DNA of 64,000 nucleotides from Clostridia bacterium (GTDB lineage Bacteria; Bacillota; Clostridia; Christensenellales; UBA1242): NCBI GenBank assembly GCA_017399265.1, contig JAFQDL010000005.1, positions 9,675 to 73,674 of the forward strand, read 5' to 3'. Shown piece by piece: positions 55,407 to 64,000 of this stretch (position 1 is its first letter; each line of letters starts with the position of its first letter). The notes under the pieces were generated by a model. It saw only the letters and a program-made list of their open reading frames with translations, ran no database searches and was not told where the DNA came from. The position numbers and the translations under genes were made by a program.

Positions 55407-56438
55407 ATGCAAAATAAAATAACCAAAAAAGGCGACCTACTAGACGAGTACGGCAACTTAATTGAAGCAGGATATGCCACTAGCCTAATAAAAAAATACG
55501 ATAGATCCAAAATTAAAGCAAGCAAACTTCGTATCAAAGAATGGGACTATTATCTAATATATAACAATAAGTATGGAGTGGCTATCACTGTAGATGACAA
55601 CTCATATATGGGGCTTAATTCTTTTACCCTTATTGATTTTTCGATACCACAAGAAACAACCAAAAGCATAATGACATTTATGACAAATGGTAAAGTAGGT
55701 TTACCCGCAACGAGCGAAATCGGCGACGTTTCTGTTAAGAACAAAAAATACTCGTTTGAAATCTTAAATGATGGCAAACAAAGACTAATCAAAGCGTGGA
55801 TTAAAGATTTTGAAAAAGATCATGACTTAACCTGCGAATTCACATTAACTGATGAGCCAAAAGATAGTATGGTTATACTTACACCTTTTGAGAAGAAAAA
55901 ACACTTCTACTACAATCAAAAAATTGTAGGCATGAAAGCAGCTGGCAAAATAGAGTTCAAAGGCGAAACTATTGAATTTGATTCCAATACCACTCGAGCA
56001 ATTCTAGACTGGGGAAGAGGCGTATGGACATATAAAAACACTTGGTACTGGGGTGCTGGTTGTGGAATTGTTGATGGGCATGAAGTCGGCTTTAATATTG
56101 GTTATGGTTTTGGAGACACATCTAAAGCAAGTGAAAACATGATATTCTATGACGGCATCGCTCACAAACTAGACCAAGTAGAATTCCAAATCCCAAAAGA
56201 CAATAAAGGCAAAGATGATTATTTAAAACCTTGGAAATTTACTAGCAATGATGGCAGATTTGAAATGGATTTCACTCCAATTATTGATAGACATTCTAAT
56301 GCAAATGTAGTAGTAATTAGCAGCAACCAACACCAAGTTTTTGGGAAATTCAATGGTAAAATGATATTAGATGATGGTAAGGAAATAATTTTAAAAGACT
56401 ACCTTGCATTTGCTGAAAAAGTAATAAATAAATGGTAG
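55407..56438 (+). CDS. DUF2804 family protein
   Basis: RIKEWDYY, FYYNQK, LDWGRGVW, SEN and HQVFG. Confidence 0.85.
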   Translation: MQNKITKKGDLLDEYGNLIEAGYATSLIKKYDRSKIKASKLRIKEWDYYLIYNNKYGVAITVDDNSYMGLNSFTLIDFSIPQETTKSIMTFMTNGKVGLPATSEIGDVSVKNKKYSFEILNDGKQRLIKAWIKDFEKDHDLTCEFTLTDEPKDSMVILTPFEKKKHFYYNQKIVGMKAAGKIEFKGETIEFDSNTTRAILDWGRGVWTYKNTWYWGAGCGIVDGHEVGFNIGYGFGDTSKASENMIFYDGIAHKLDQVEFQIPKDNKGKDDYLKPWKFTSNDGRFEMDFTPIIDRHSNANVVVISSNQHQVFGKFNGKMILDDGKEIILKDYLAFAEKVINKW

Positions 56439-56459
56439 ATATTAATATTTGCATAATAC

Positions 56460-56494
56460 AAAAAAAGATAGGATAACATATGTCCTATCTTTTT
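56460..56494. terminator. Bidirectional terminator
   Basis: aaaaaagatagga-taacatatg-tcctatctttttt between convergent genes. Confidence 0.85.
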
Positions 56495-56498
56495 TGTT

Positions 56499-57251
56499 TT
56501 ATCTATAAATATTTAATGAAAAATTAGCTTTCAGTTCCGCATCAGCATTTATATCTGTAGCAAATACGCAAAATGCTATTATTCCTTCGGAATCACTTTG
56601 CACAAAATCCGGACAAGCAGCCGAATCAAAAGACAACAAACTCATATCTCCATCTGTTGACATATCTGCCACGCCACCTACTCCATAACTTATGTTATTT
56701 GCTTCTTCAATATCTTCTTCTAATATACTTCCAGCAATATTTATTTCAACATTGTATGATTTATTAGTTATTTTAAAGAAATATATAACACATGATGAAA
56801 CCGAAGCAGAACCCGTCCTATTAGATACTGCTTGCAATTCTACATTATCAAAAGTAAGCGTTCTAGAAGTATATGTAGTTCCATTTTCTGTACCTTCATT
56901 TTCGTATGCTCGAATTTGATGAGTAATAGAATTAACTTTCTTTAACTCTCCATTATCTTCTGTTTCAAATTGTACGATTTTAGCAGTCTCTGTGCTTTCC
57001 GCCAAAGGATCAAAACTAAAATCGGTATCAATAAAAAAACTCATATCTTCATTAGCATCATTAGGTGCCAAATAATGAACTGCCCATACTGTAACATCAC
57101 AATCTACATTATTCGCCGTATATGTAACAGAAACCGAGTTTGTCATTTGCACTTGTTGTGCAACTAGTACAAGTCCAATAGCAAGCCCAACTATCACTAA
57201 CACTAGCGCACTAGCTATAACTGCTGTAATTACTTTATATTTCTTTGTCAT
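56499..57251 (-). CDS. Membrane-anchored/secreted beta-rich protein (pilin/TasA-like domain)
   Basis: AAGGAG RBS; N-terminal TM helix; shares motifs with the N-domain of 39461..42412. Confidence 0.75.
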   Translation of the reverse strand: MTKKYKVITAVIASALVLVIVGLAIGLVLVAQQVQMTNSVSVTYTANNVDCDVTVWAVHYLAPNDANEDMSFFIDTDFSFDPLAESTETAKIVQFETEDNGELKKVNSITHQIRAYENEGTENGTTYTSRTLTFDNVELQAVSNRTGSASVSSCVIYFFKITNKSYNVEINIAGSILEEDIEEANNISYGVGGVADMSTDGDMSLLSFDSAACPDFVQSDSEGIIAFCVFATDINADAELKANFSLNIYR

Positions 57252-57364
57252 AGATATCTCCTTTCTTTACTATCTAATCTTAGTTTACCCCACTCCATAT
57301 AAAAAGTAAAACTATTTAAAACATTTTTCAAATTTACTATAAATAAAACACTCTACTTACCCAC

Positions 57365-57392
57365 AAAAAAATAGGATATTAGATATCCTATT
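57365..57392 (-). terminator. Terminator after rnpB
   Basis: aataggatat-loop-atatcctatt followed by a T-run on the minus strand. Confidence 0.75.
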
Positions 57393-57411
57393 AAAAAGTT
57401 TTTATAAAAAG

Positions 57412-57747
57412 GTTAGAATAAACATAAGCCGAGTTCTGTATTAGATGGTTATCTATCTAGTATTGCTGTCACCAGCAATCTCAAGCGATGTAACGAGGAA
57501 CTAGCGAACAACGTTAAAACGCTCCTCTATCTTGCATCGAGTGGGGTTTACAGAAGTAATATGTTACCATACTACCTAGTGTGCTCTTACCACCCTGTTC
57601 CACCCTTACACAAGTCAAAGACTTATGCGGTATATTTCTGTTGCACTCTCCTTGGAGTCGCCTCCACCAGTCGTTAACTGGCACCCTGTTCTGTGATGCT
57701 CGGACTTTCCTCAAGGGTTACCCCTCGCAACCATCTGTTTATCTAAC
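57412..57747 (-). ncRNA. rnpB: RNase P RNA
   Basis: Minus strand contains GAGGAAAGTCCGAGC, AGTGCAACAGAAA and ACAGAACTCGGCTTA; the ends pair as P1 (gttag..ctaac). Confidence 0.97.
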
Positions 57748-57753
57748 AATACT

Positions 57754-57782
57754 AGTGTATCACAATTATATAACAAAGTCAA
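57754..57782 (-). promoter_or_regulatory. rnpB promoter
   Basis: TTGACT-17-TACACT with an extended TG, 6 nt before P1. Confidence 0.8.
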
Positions 57783-57788
57783 TACTAC

Positions 57789-58727
57789 TTAAGGTTCAAG
57801 TTCACCTTGTTCTTGATTTAAATTATGAGAATTATTAAATCTACCTAATTCCGATCTAACTTCTTTAACCTCAGCTTTAAATGCGGCTCTTTGTTTTGTA
57901 AAATATGTAGGAGACAAGACAATTCCTTGAGGATAAATATGATCCTTTTCTATTCTCTGTATATCTGAAATTATTCCATTAGTATTATTACTTTGTAAAA
58001 ACACTCCATTCTTTTTAGTAACATATGGCAATTGTGATAATACTTTAGCAAAACCTTCATCTTCTATAATTTCTGAAAATTTACCCCTACTTTTATATCC
58101 AAAATAAGATTCTTCTATCAAAAAATCAAAAAATGAATTCATAGAAAGGGAAGATGTACTACTAGATACAACAGATCGTCTTAACAAATCTGCCCATACG
58201 CCATTTACTCCATAAGAACCACCACTTTTCCCAGTATCTGTAATTTCTGGCGATTGATCACCCTCTTCCTTTACAGAATTAGATATTGCACAAGTATTTA
58301 TTAATTCATTAAAACTATTTAAATACTCCAAACTTACCAATTCAACAGACTCTGAAGGTAAATACTCTTTAAAAAAAGCCTGCACTTCTTTCAAAAGTTT
58401 AGTATTTAATTTAGAATAAGTACCATTTTGCCTACTTGTGTGCATCAACTCGCTTACATTTTCTGGCAACTGAGCTTTTTTATAATATTCATTACTTTTA
58501 ATAAACTTTAACTCTGAATCAATTAAATCCAGCATTTTGATAAATAAAAAATAAGAATGATGCCCTTTGGTTTTAGATAAATATAAATAAGACTGCATAT
58601 CTTTAAAGTCTACATCACCAGAAGAAAGAACATCAACCCTTTTCTTTGACATCTTTCTCGCTAATGTAGTATTATCTTGATTTTCTATAAATTGAACCCT
58701 GTGTAAAAATTTCCTTTGTTTTAACAT
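57789..58727 (-). CDS. Hypothetical protein, probably from a leaderless mRNA
   Basis: 312-aa ORF with no recognised domain and no convincing RBS; the promoter -10 ends 6 nt before the ATG. Confidence 0.75.
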   Translation of the reverse strand: MLKQRKFLHRVQFIENQDNTTLARKMSKKRVDVLSSGDVDFKDMQSYLYLSKTKGHHSYFLFIKMLDLIDSELKFIKSNEYYKKAQLPENVSELMHTSRQNGTYSKLNTKLLKEVQAFFKEYLPSESVELVSLEYLNSFNELINTCAISNSVKEEGDQSPEITDTGKSGGSYGVNGVWADLLRRSVVSSSTSSLSMNSFFDFLIEESYFGYKSRGKFSEIIEDEGFAKVLSQLPYVTKKNGVFLQSNNTNGIISDIQRIEKDHIYPQGIVLSPTYFTKQRAAFKAEVKEVRSELGRFNNSHNLNQEQGELEP

Positions 58728-58733
58728 GCCTAT

Positions 58734-58762
58734 ATTATATCATCTATAATTATGAAATTCAA
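58734..58762 (-). promoter_or_regulatory. Sigma-A promoter abutting the start codon
   Basis: TTGAAT-17-(TGA)TATAAT-ataggc-ATG. Confidence 0.7.
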
Positions 58763-58810
58763 ATGATATAATTAAAAAATCCTTTACATTATTCATTAAT
58801 CAGTTGTTTT

Positions 58811-59512
58811 TTAATTGAAATAATCATCTTTTTTCATATGCATTCGCATAGTTTTTAAAGCTTTTTTCTCTATTCTTGATATATAACTACGACTAATCCC
58901 AAGAATCTTAGCGACTTCACGCTGTGTAAGTGCAGGAGTATTATTAAGGCCATATCGCATTTTAATAATAGTATACTCTCTATCTGTCAAATACTTTTTT
59001 AATAACACTTCTAGTTTTTCACTTAGTATTACATTTTGCACCTCAGTATTCACATCTTTTTCATCATCAAAAGCCAGATCCAATACTGTCATTTTATTAT
59101 TATCTTCATCAGTAGATATTACATCATCTACACTAGATGTATTCTTATGTTTCTTATTGACTCTAAGTAACATCAGTATTTCATTCTCAATACATTTAGC
59201 AGCATAAGTACTAAACTGAGTACCATGCCCATCTTTGTATGTATTGATAGCCTTAATTAGACCTAAACTTCCTACACTGATCAGATCATCAGCCTCTTCT
59301 GTTTGGCTATACTTTTTTACAATATGTGCAACAAGTCTTAAATTATGGTGAATCAACACCTCTTTTGCTTTTTCATCTCCTTCATGAAACCTCTTAATAT
59401 ATTCTGCCTCATCTTTTGCACTTAACGGCTTTGGAAAACTCGAATTGTTATTTACATAAGCCGAAAAAAATAACAACTTTTGCATAAAGGTAGCAATTGT
59501 TTCAATTATCAT
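58811..59512 (-). CDS. sigK: Sporulation sigma factor pro-SigK, uninterrupted
   Basis: Pro-peptide then SFPKPLS, NLRLVAHIVKKY, IENEILM and TQREVAK.LGISRSYISRIEKKAL. Confidence 0.95.
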   Translation of the reverse strand: MIIETIATFMQKLLFFSAYVNNNSSFPKPLSAKDEAEYIKRFHEGDEKAKEVLIHHNLRLVAHIVKKYSQTEEADDLISVGSLGLIKAINTYKDGHGTQFSTYAAKCIENEILMLLRVNKKHKNTSSVDDVISTDEDNNKMTVLDLAFDDEKDVNTEVQNVILSEKLEVLLKKYLTDREYTIIKMRYGLNNTPALTQREVAKILGISRSYISRIEKKALKTMRMHMKKDDYFN

Positions 59513-59733
59513 TGATTCCCCCTATACGCGATAAATATCGCTGTATTAATCTAAAAAAGAAGATACTCTATTACTCCTGGGGCAAATCTCAACTTTTTAT
59601 AGATTAATCTATGTATATGAGATATTTTGTCGAATTTTGCTTGTACAATAAAAATAAATATTATGTACTATTTATTTAACCAAAAACTAACACCTATATA
59701 ATCAAAAATACTAAACTAATTTTCAATTAGGTA

Positions 59734-59762
59734 TTGAAATCTGTAAAATAGTATGTTATCAT
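59734..59762 (+). promoter_or_regulatory. Promoter of the orphan paralog pair
   Basis: TTGAAA-17-(TGT)TATCAT. Confidence 0.6.
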
Positions 59763-59803
59763 CTTCTTACAACTTTAATTAAAATACATATTTGGAGGAA
59801 TTT

Positions 59804-60328
59804 ATGAATTACTTATTTGAATATTTCCAAGAAAAAAATAAAAAATATATCAAAAACGATCTACACATTTACTCTAAAACTCTACAAGACAGATTACCAG
59901 ATAAAAATGATGAATATATTATGATAGGATATTATAACGCTGACAAAACAAGATTCAAAGACATTCTTACAGGTAAAGTCATAGGCTCAGCAGACGTAGA
60001 GAATGCTGTGGAGATTAAGTCTTCTGGAGTTGGGATATACTCAGACGATAAAATAGAGTGCACTCACGGATACTTCCCAGAAATAAAATTCGCTTTTTAT
60101 AATAACAGAGGTATATTATCTCAAAAAGGAACTGCTGCAAAAGGAATGGAAGCATTTTTTAACTTCTATAACAAACAACCTCTAGACGCAGTTTCAACTA
60201 AAGAACTAAGAAAAGTAGCAAAAGAATTAAATAGAGTAGCATATAACCATGAACTAAGCCTATATCAATCAAATATAGAACAACACAATGTAGAAAAAAT
60301 CCGTGAAGGATATAGTAAAGAGTTTTAA
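59804..60328 (+). CDS. Hypothetical protein, paralog 1
   Basis: ATG at 59804 after GGAGG; shares blocks with 60347..60895. Confidence 0.8.
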   Translation: MNYLFEYFQEKNKKYIKNDLHIYSKTLQDRLPDKNDEYIMIGYYNADKTRFKDILTGKVIGSADVENAVEIKSSGVGIYSDDKIECTHGYFPEIKFAFYNNRGILSQKGTAAKGMEAFFNFYNKQPLDAVSTKELRKVAKELNRVAYNHELSLYQSNIEQHNVEKIREGYSKEF

Positions 60329-60346
60329 TAACAAAGGAGAAATATT

Positions 60347-60895
60347 ATGATAGAATTTTTTAGATATTTACAAGAAAAAAGAGAACAAGATAATACGACA
60401 TATATAAAAAGCGATTTGCATATTTTCGCTAAACCAGTATCTGCCAGAGAACCAGAAAAAGATGAAAAATATGTCATGATTGGATATTATAATAATGATC
60501 AATCTAGATTTAAAGATATCTTAACCAATACAGTAGTAACTTCACAAGAGCTGATGGACAAAAAATATTCTAAATTGAATACTTATTTTAATCCAAGAGA
60601 ATATTCTAATTCTCTACAGATGCCTGACCAATATATTACAAGCACAAATGGAAACGATTGGGCTAACATATACTTTGCACATTTCAGCAACTTCGATTAT
60701 ACATATTCATACGCACCAGGGTTTAGACACTTCTCTAAATTGTGTGCATCAAGAAGCGACAAACCTATAACAACTAAAGAAATCAAAGCAGTCGCAAAAG
60801 AATTAGATAAAGCTGCTTATAAATACGAATTTAATAAATTCCAAAGACAAACTAAAAAAGAACAAACTCAAGAAGGATATAGTAAAGAGTTTTAG
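60347..60895 (+). CDS. Hypothetical protein, paralog 2
   Basis: AAGGAG RBS; YIKSDLHI, MIGYYN, RFKDILT, TKE...VAKEL and EGYSKEF are shared with paralog 1. Confidence 0.82.
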   Translation: MIEFFRYLQEKREQDNTTYIKSDLHIFAKPVSAREPEKDEKYVMIGYYNNDQSRFKDILTNTVVTSQELMDKKYSKLNTYFNPREYSNSLQMPDQYITSTNGNDWANIYFAHFSNFDYTYSYAPGFRHFSKLCASRSDKPITTKEIKAVAKELDKAAYKYEFNKFQRQTKKEQTQEGYSKEF

Positions 60896-60926
60896 AAAAA
60901 ATGCAAACGAAAGCGTTTGCATTTTT
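60896..60926 (+). terminator. Terminator after the paralog pair
   Basis: aaaaatgcaaacg-aaag-cgtttgcattttt. Confidence 0.85.
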
Positions 60927-60999
60927 CTATATTACAACTTTTAAAAATAATCACATTTTACTAAATATAAAAATATTTTAATTACAATTTTTAAAAAAC

Positions 61000-61033
61000 A
61001 AAAAAAGTGTAACCATACAGGTTACACTTTTTT
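61000..61033 (-). terminator. Terminator after rplS
   Basis: aaaaaagtgtaacc-ataca-ggttacactttttt. Confidence 0.85.
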
Positions 61034-61045
61034 ATTGTACCAAAA

Positions 61046-61390
61046 TTAGTTTTTCTTTTCTTTAATCTTAGTAGCTTTACCTGTTAAGTCTCTTAAATAG
61101 TAAAGTTTAGCTCTACGTACTTTACCACGTTTAACAACTTCAATTCTATCAATTCTTGGAGAATGAACAGGGAATATCTTTTCAACACCAACACCGAAAG
61201 AAACACGTCTAACTGTGAAAGTTTCTCTTACACTAGAATTCTTTCTAGCAATAACAACACCTTCAAACATTTGGATTCTTTCTCTAGTTCCTTCAACGAT
61301 CTTGTTGTATACTCTTACAGTATCACCAACGTTAAACTCTGGAACTTCTTGTTTTAAATTCTCTCTCTCTAATGCTTCAATTAATGTCAT
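61046..61390 (-). CDS. rplS: 50S ribosomal protein L19
   Basis: [16 protein letters not shown] and [12 protein letters not shown]. Confidence 0.99.
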   Translation of the reverse strand: MTLIEALERENLKQEVPEFNVGDTVRVYNKIVEGTRERIQMFEGVVIARKNSSVRETFTVRRVSFGVGVEKIFPVHSPRIDRIEVVKRGKVRRAKLYYLRDLTGKATKIKEKKN

Positions 61391-61427
61391 TTTGACTTTT
61401 CCTCCTAATATTTCTATTACACAACTT

Positions 61428-61515
61428 ATTGTTCTTAACTACTAAAGCGGTTAAATATGTTATTTAACAATACCAAAATTCAATTGATATAATTATTAGT
61501 ATTTAGCGGACCAAT
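61428..61515 (-). ncRNA. L19 leader-like RNA with an expanded loop
   Basis: Minus strand attggtCCGCT ... AAGAACaat, the bracket expected for L19 leaders, between the promoter and the RBS. Confidence 0.55.
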
Positions 61516-61530
61516 CGAAGTCACTAACAC

Positions 61531-61559
61531 AATATAACATATTTAATACAAAAATTCAA
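61531..61559 (-). promoter_or_regulatory. rplS promoter
   Basis: TTGAAT-17-(TGT)TATATT. Confidence 0.6.
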
Positions 61560-61687
61560 GTGTTTTTACAAAAATAATTTTTAAACAACATACATTTTTA
61601 GAAAAAGTCTTCATTTTTAGTATATTACGCAAACCTCAAAATTATTTCTTTTTCTCTCTTTTTGTAAATATTTTTTAAAAATTTTCA

Positions 61688-62038
61688 TTAAAAAGCATTA
61701 TCTATAAATGTAATTTTATCGTCCAATATATCTATTACAGCGAATTTTACTTTTGATTGCAATTTACTTCTAAGTCTGAGGTAGTACGTTGCAACATTCC
61801 TAATCTTTTGTTGCTTATATTGATCTACCGCTTCCCTACCATATCCAAAACGAGTATTTCTTCTATACTTTACTTCTACAAATACTATCGTTCCATCTTT
61901 TTCTTTAGCAATTATATCAATTTCACCTAATTGGCATTTATAATTACGTTCAATTATCTTAAATCTCTTTTCATTTACTAGATAATTAACTGCTAACTCT
62001 TCGTTAATATCCCCTTTTACCTTGTTAAACTGTTTCAT
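61688..62038 (-). CDS. yraN: YraN family endonuclease-like protein
   Basis: IIERNY, GEIDIIA and FVEVKYR. Confidence 0.93.
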   Translation of the reverse strand: MKQFNKVKGDINEELAVNYLVNEKRFKIIERNYKCQLGEIDIIAKEKDGTIVFVEVKYRRNTRFGYGREAVDQYKQQKIRNVATYYLRLRSKLQSKVKFAVIDILDDKITFIDNAF

Positions 62039-62047
62039 AATTACCTT

Positions 62048-62635
62048 TTACACAAAATGAGATATAAATGAATCCCTATGTATCTCACATTTGCCATACT
62101 TTTTCAAATTCTCAATATGTTCTTTTGTGCCATAGCCTTTATGCTTGGCAAAATTATACTGTGGATATTTCTTATCCATTTCTAGCATATACCTATCCCT
62201 TGTAACCTTTGCCAAAATACTAGCACATGCTATATTATAACTTTTTGCATCACCTTTGATAATATTATCCATATTTTCTATTCCGTCCAACTTCACAGCA
62301 TCAACTAGCAAAAAATCATATCTATCTGCAAATGTTTTAGCACAAAAATTCATACCTTTCTTAGTTGCAGCCAGTATATTAATATCATCTATTGTCTTTT
62401 CATCAACCAACTCAACATGATAAAAATAAGCTTTTTGTTTTATCTCATCATATAATTTATCTCTTTTCTTCTCAGTTAGCTTTTTACTATCATTTACACC
62501 TTCAATCACATTATTTAGCGGCATAGCGACTATTGCTACACTCACAGGACCAGCTAATGGTCCACGGCCCGCCTCATCAATTCCAGCAATTATTTTAATA
62601 TTATCATTCAAATAGCTCTTATCAAAATCTACCAT
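62048..62635 (-). CDS. rnhB: Ribonuclease HII
   Basis: GIDEAGRGPLAGPV, DSKKL, KGD, ASILAKVTRD and HKGYGT. Confidence 0.98.
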   Translation of the reverse strand: MVDFDKSYLNDNIKIIAGIDEAGRGPLAGPVSVAIVAMPLNNVIEGVNDSKKLTEKKRDKLYDEIKQKAYFYHVELVDEKTIDDINILAATKKGMNFCAKTFADRYDFLLVDAVKLDGIENMDNIIKGDAKSYNIACASILAKVTRDRYMLEMDKKYPQYNFAKHKGYGTKEHIENLKKYGKCEIHRDSFISHFV

Positions 62636-62680
62636 TTTATCCAGCCTTATTATTTTTTTGCATAATTATGCAAAATCTTT

Positions 62681-63583
62681 CTAATCTTTTTTCTTCCTGT
62701 CGTTCTTTTTTAATAGGTTTATCTCTTTTACAGTCTCTAGTGTCAACTGACCGAATTTGCCGTGCCTAAAATCAGATAAAATTGCTTTACAACACCTATC
62801 GTAATCCATATCGCCGCCCTTTAGCAAATACTTTCTTGAATAGCAAATCTTGTCCATAATATCTAGAGTCTCATCTCCTTCAGTTATTTCGATATCATAT
62901 CTATTAATTAATATATTTTTATCAATTCTACACACATCTTTAATAAACTCAAATGCTAAATCATTAACATCTAAGACATCATCTTTAATGCTACCAAGAT
63001 ATGCTAAAGTTCTAGCAACTCTATTATTATCAAACGCAGGCCATAATGTACCTGGTGTGTCAAGTATTTCAATACCACTTGCAATAGTCACCCATTGTTT
63101 ACCACGAGTAACTCCTGCAATATTACCAGTTATTGTTTTAGCTTTACCACACAAGTTATTAATTAGAGTACTTTTACCACAATTCGGCACACCCAACACC
63201 AAAGCTCTAAGTGTAGCTTTTATCCCTTTTGCTTTTAATCGTTCAATTTTTGCAGAACAAGACTTCCTTATAAGACTCTCTACATTTTTTCCAAGTCCAC
63301 TAGCGCATGAGTTCATTGTAATACACATTCTATCATCTTTAGAAAAGTATTGCATCCATGCATCTACTTTTTCTTTTTCAGCTAAATCAATTTTGTTAAA
63401 CACGTATACAATTGGCTTATCTTTAATAATTTCTGCAAACTTTGGATTAACACAAGAAAAAGGTGCTCTACTATCCAAAACATATAGAACAACATCAACT
63501 AAATTTATTTCTTTTTCCATCATTTTCAGAGCTTTGCTCATATGACCTGGAAACCAGTTAATCAACACTCTATTTTCTTCCAT
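62681..63583 (-). CDS. rbgA: Ribosome biogenesis GTPase RbgA/YlqF
   Basis: INWFPGHMSKA, NKIDL, GVPNCGKSTLIN and DTPG. Confidence 0.97.
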   Translation of the reverse strand: MEENRVLINWFPGHMSKALKMMEKEINLVDVVLYVLDSRAPFSCVNPKFAEIIKDKPIVYVFNKIDLAEKEKVDAWMQYFSKDDRMCITMNSCASGLGKNVESLIRKSCSAKIERLKAKGIKATLRALVLGVPNCGKSTLINNLCGKAKTITGNIAGVTRGKQWVTIASGIEILDTPGTLWPAFDNNRVARTLAYLGSIKDDVLDVNDLAFEFIKDVCRIDKNILINRYDIEITEGDETLDIMDKICYSRKYLLKGGDMDYDRCCKAILSDFRHGKFGQLTLETVKEINLLKKNDRKKKD

Positions 63584-63595
63584 TATTTATACACC

Positions 63596-64000
63596 TTAAT
63601 CTTTTAAATTTAAATACCAAAGTAATTGTGCTTCATTAGGATAGTCAGGATATGCAAATTCATTTATAGCACACAGTTCCATACCCTGTTTATGATAAAA
63701 TTTAACAGCGGAAGTATTAGTATTTTGACACTCAACCTTAAAAGTTTTGAATCCGCTATCTTTAGCCCATTTTATTGCCATATCAAATAACTTTTGCCCT
63801 ATTCCTTGCCTTTTGTATTCATTTGACACTCTAATATCCCACAACACAGCAATATCATCTCTACCCTCTAACATCCTACAATTAGCTGTTTTCGTCGCAA
63901 CTACACAACCAGCAACTAGCTCATTTTTAGCATTATAAGCAACAAAAAACTTCCAATTCGTCAAATCAAAGATTTCCTTCCAATGCTCAACTTTTACACC
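63596..64000 (-). CDS. GNAT acetyltransferase (streptothricin-acetyltransferase-like), 5' end beyond the right edge
   Basis: WDIRV..EYKRQGIGQKL, VECQNTN..AVKFY and EAQLLWY. The frame stays open to 64000 (GVKVEHWKEIFDL...). Confidence 0.85.
   Translation of the reverse strand, partial: GVKVEHWKEIFDLTNWKFFVAYNAKNELVAGCVVATKTANCRMLEGRDDIAVLWDIRVSNEYKRQGIGQKLFDMAIKWAKDSGFKTFKVECQNTNTSAVKFYHKQGMELCAINEFAYPDYPNEAQLLWYLNLKD

Noticed and set aside
57514-57838. 66-aa and 85-aa ORFs over rnpB
   Set aside because: The region is RNase P RNA; MRKVRAS is simply a translation of GAGGAAAGTCC.
58811-59512. skin-like element interrupting sigK
   Set aside because: The ORF is full length and continuous, and there is no recombinase nearby.

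Overview
AT-rich chromosomal window from a low-GC, spore-forming Bacillota (Clostridia-like; the lineage is inferred from sigK, the KOW gene in the spc operon and ribosomal-protein styles). Almost all genes lie on the minus strand. The dominant feature is missing from the supplied ORF track: one giant minus-strand reading frame starts at 20189, has a lipoprotein signal and a perfect sigma-A promoter, and runs off the left edge. It is at least 6,729 codons long and is built from repeated GLUG/beta-helix modules and beta-rich spacers. Next come tkt, a degenerate shikimate-kinase-like gene and the complete S10-spc-alpha ribosomal cluster with probable r-leader RNAs. These are followed by a BspA-type LRR surface protein, holA, comEC, mazF with an atypical partner, acpS, recX, yigZ, eno, mnmA, rpmF, ackA, pta, tmcAL and a DUF2804 gene. 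The right end holds a pilin/TasA-like orphan, rnpB, an orphan, an uninterrupted sigK, two tandem orphan paralogs, rplS, yraN, rnhB, rbgA and a truncated GNAT gene. No tRNA, rRNA, CRISPR array, transposase or integrase was seen. The best candidates for undescribed biology are the giant lipoprotein, a shared pilin-like domain in two surface proteins, and the orphan paralog pair with an invariant C-terminal tag.
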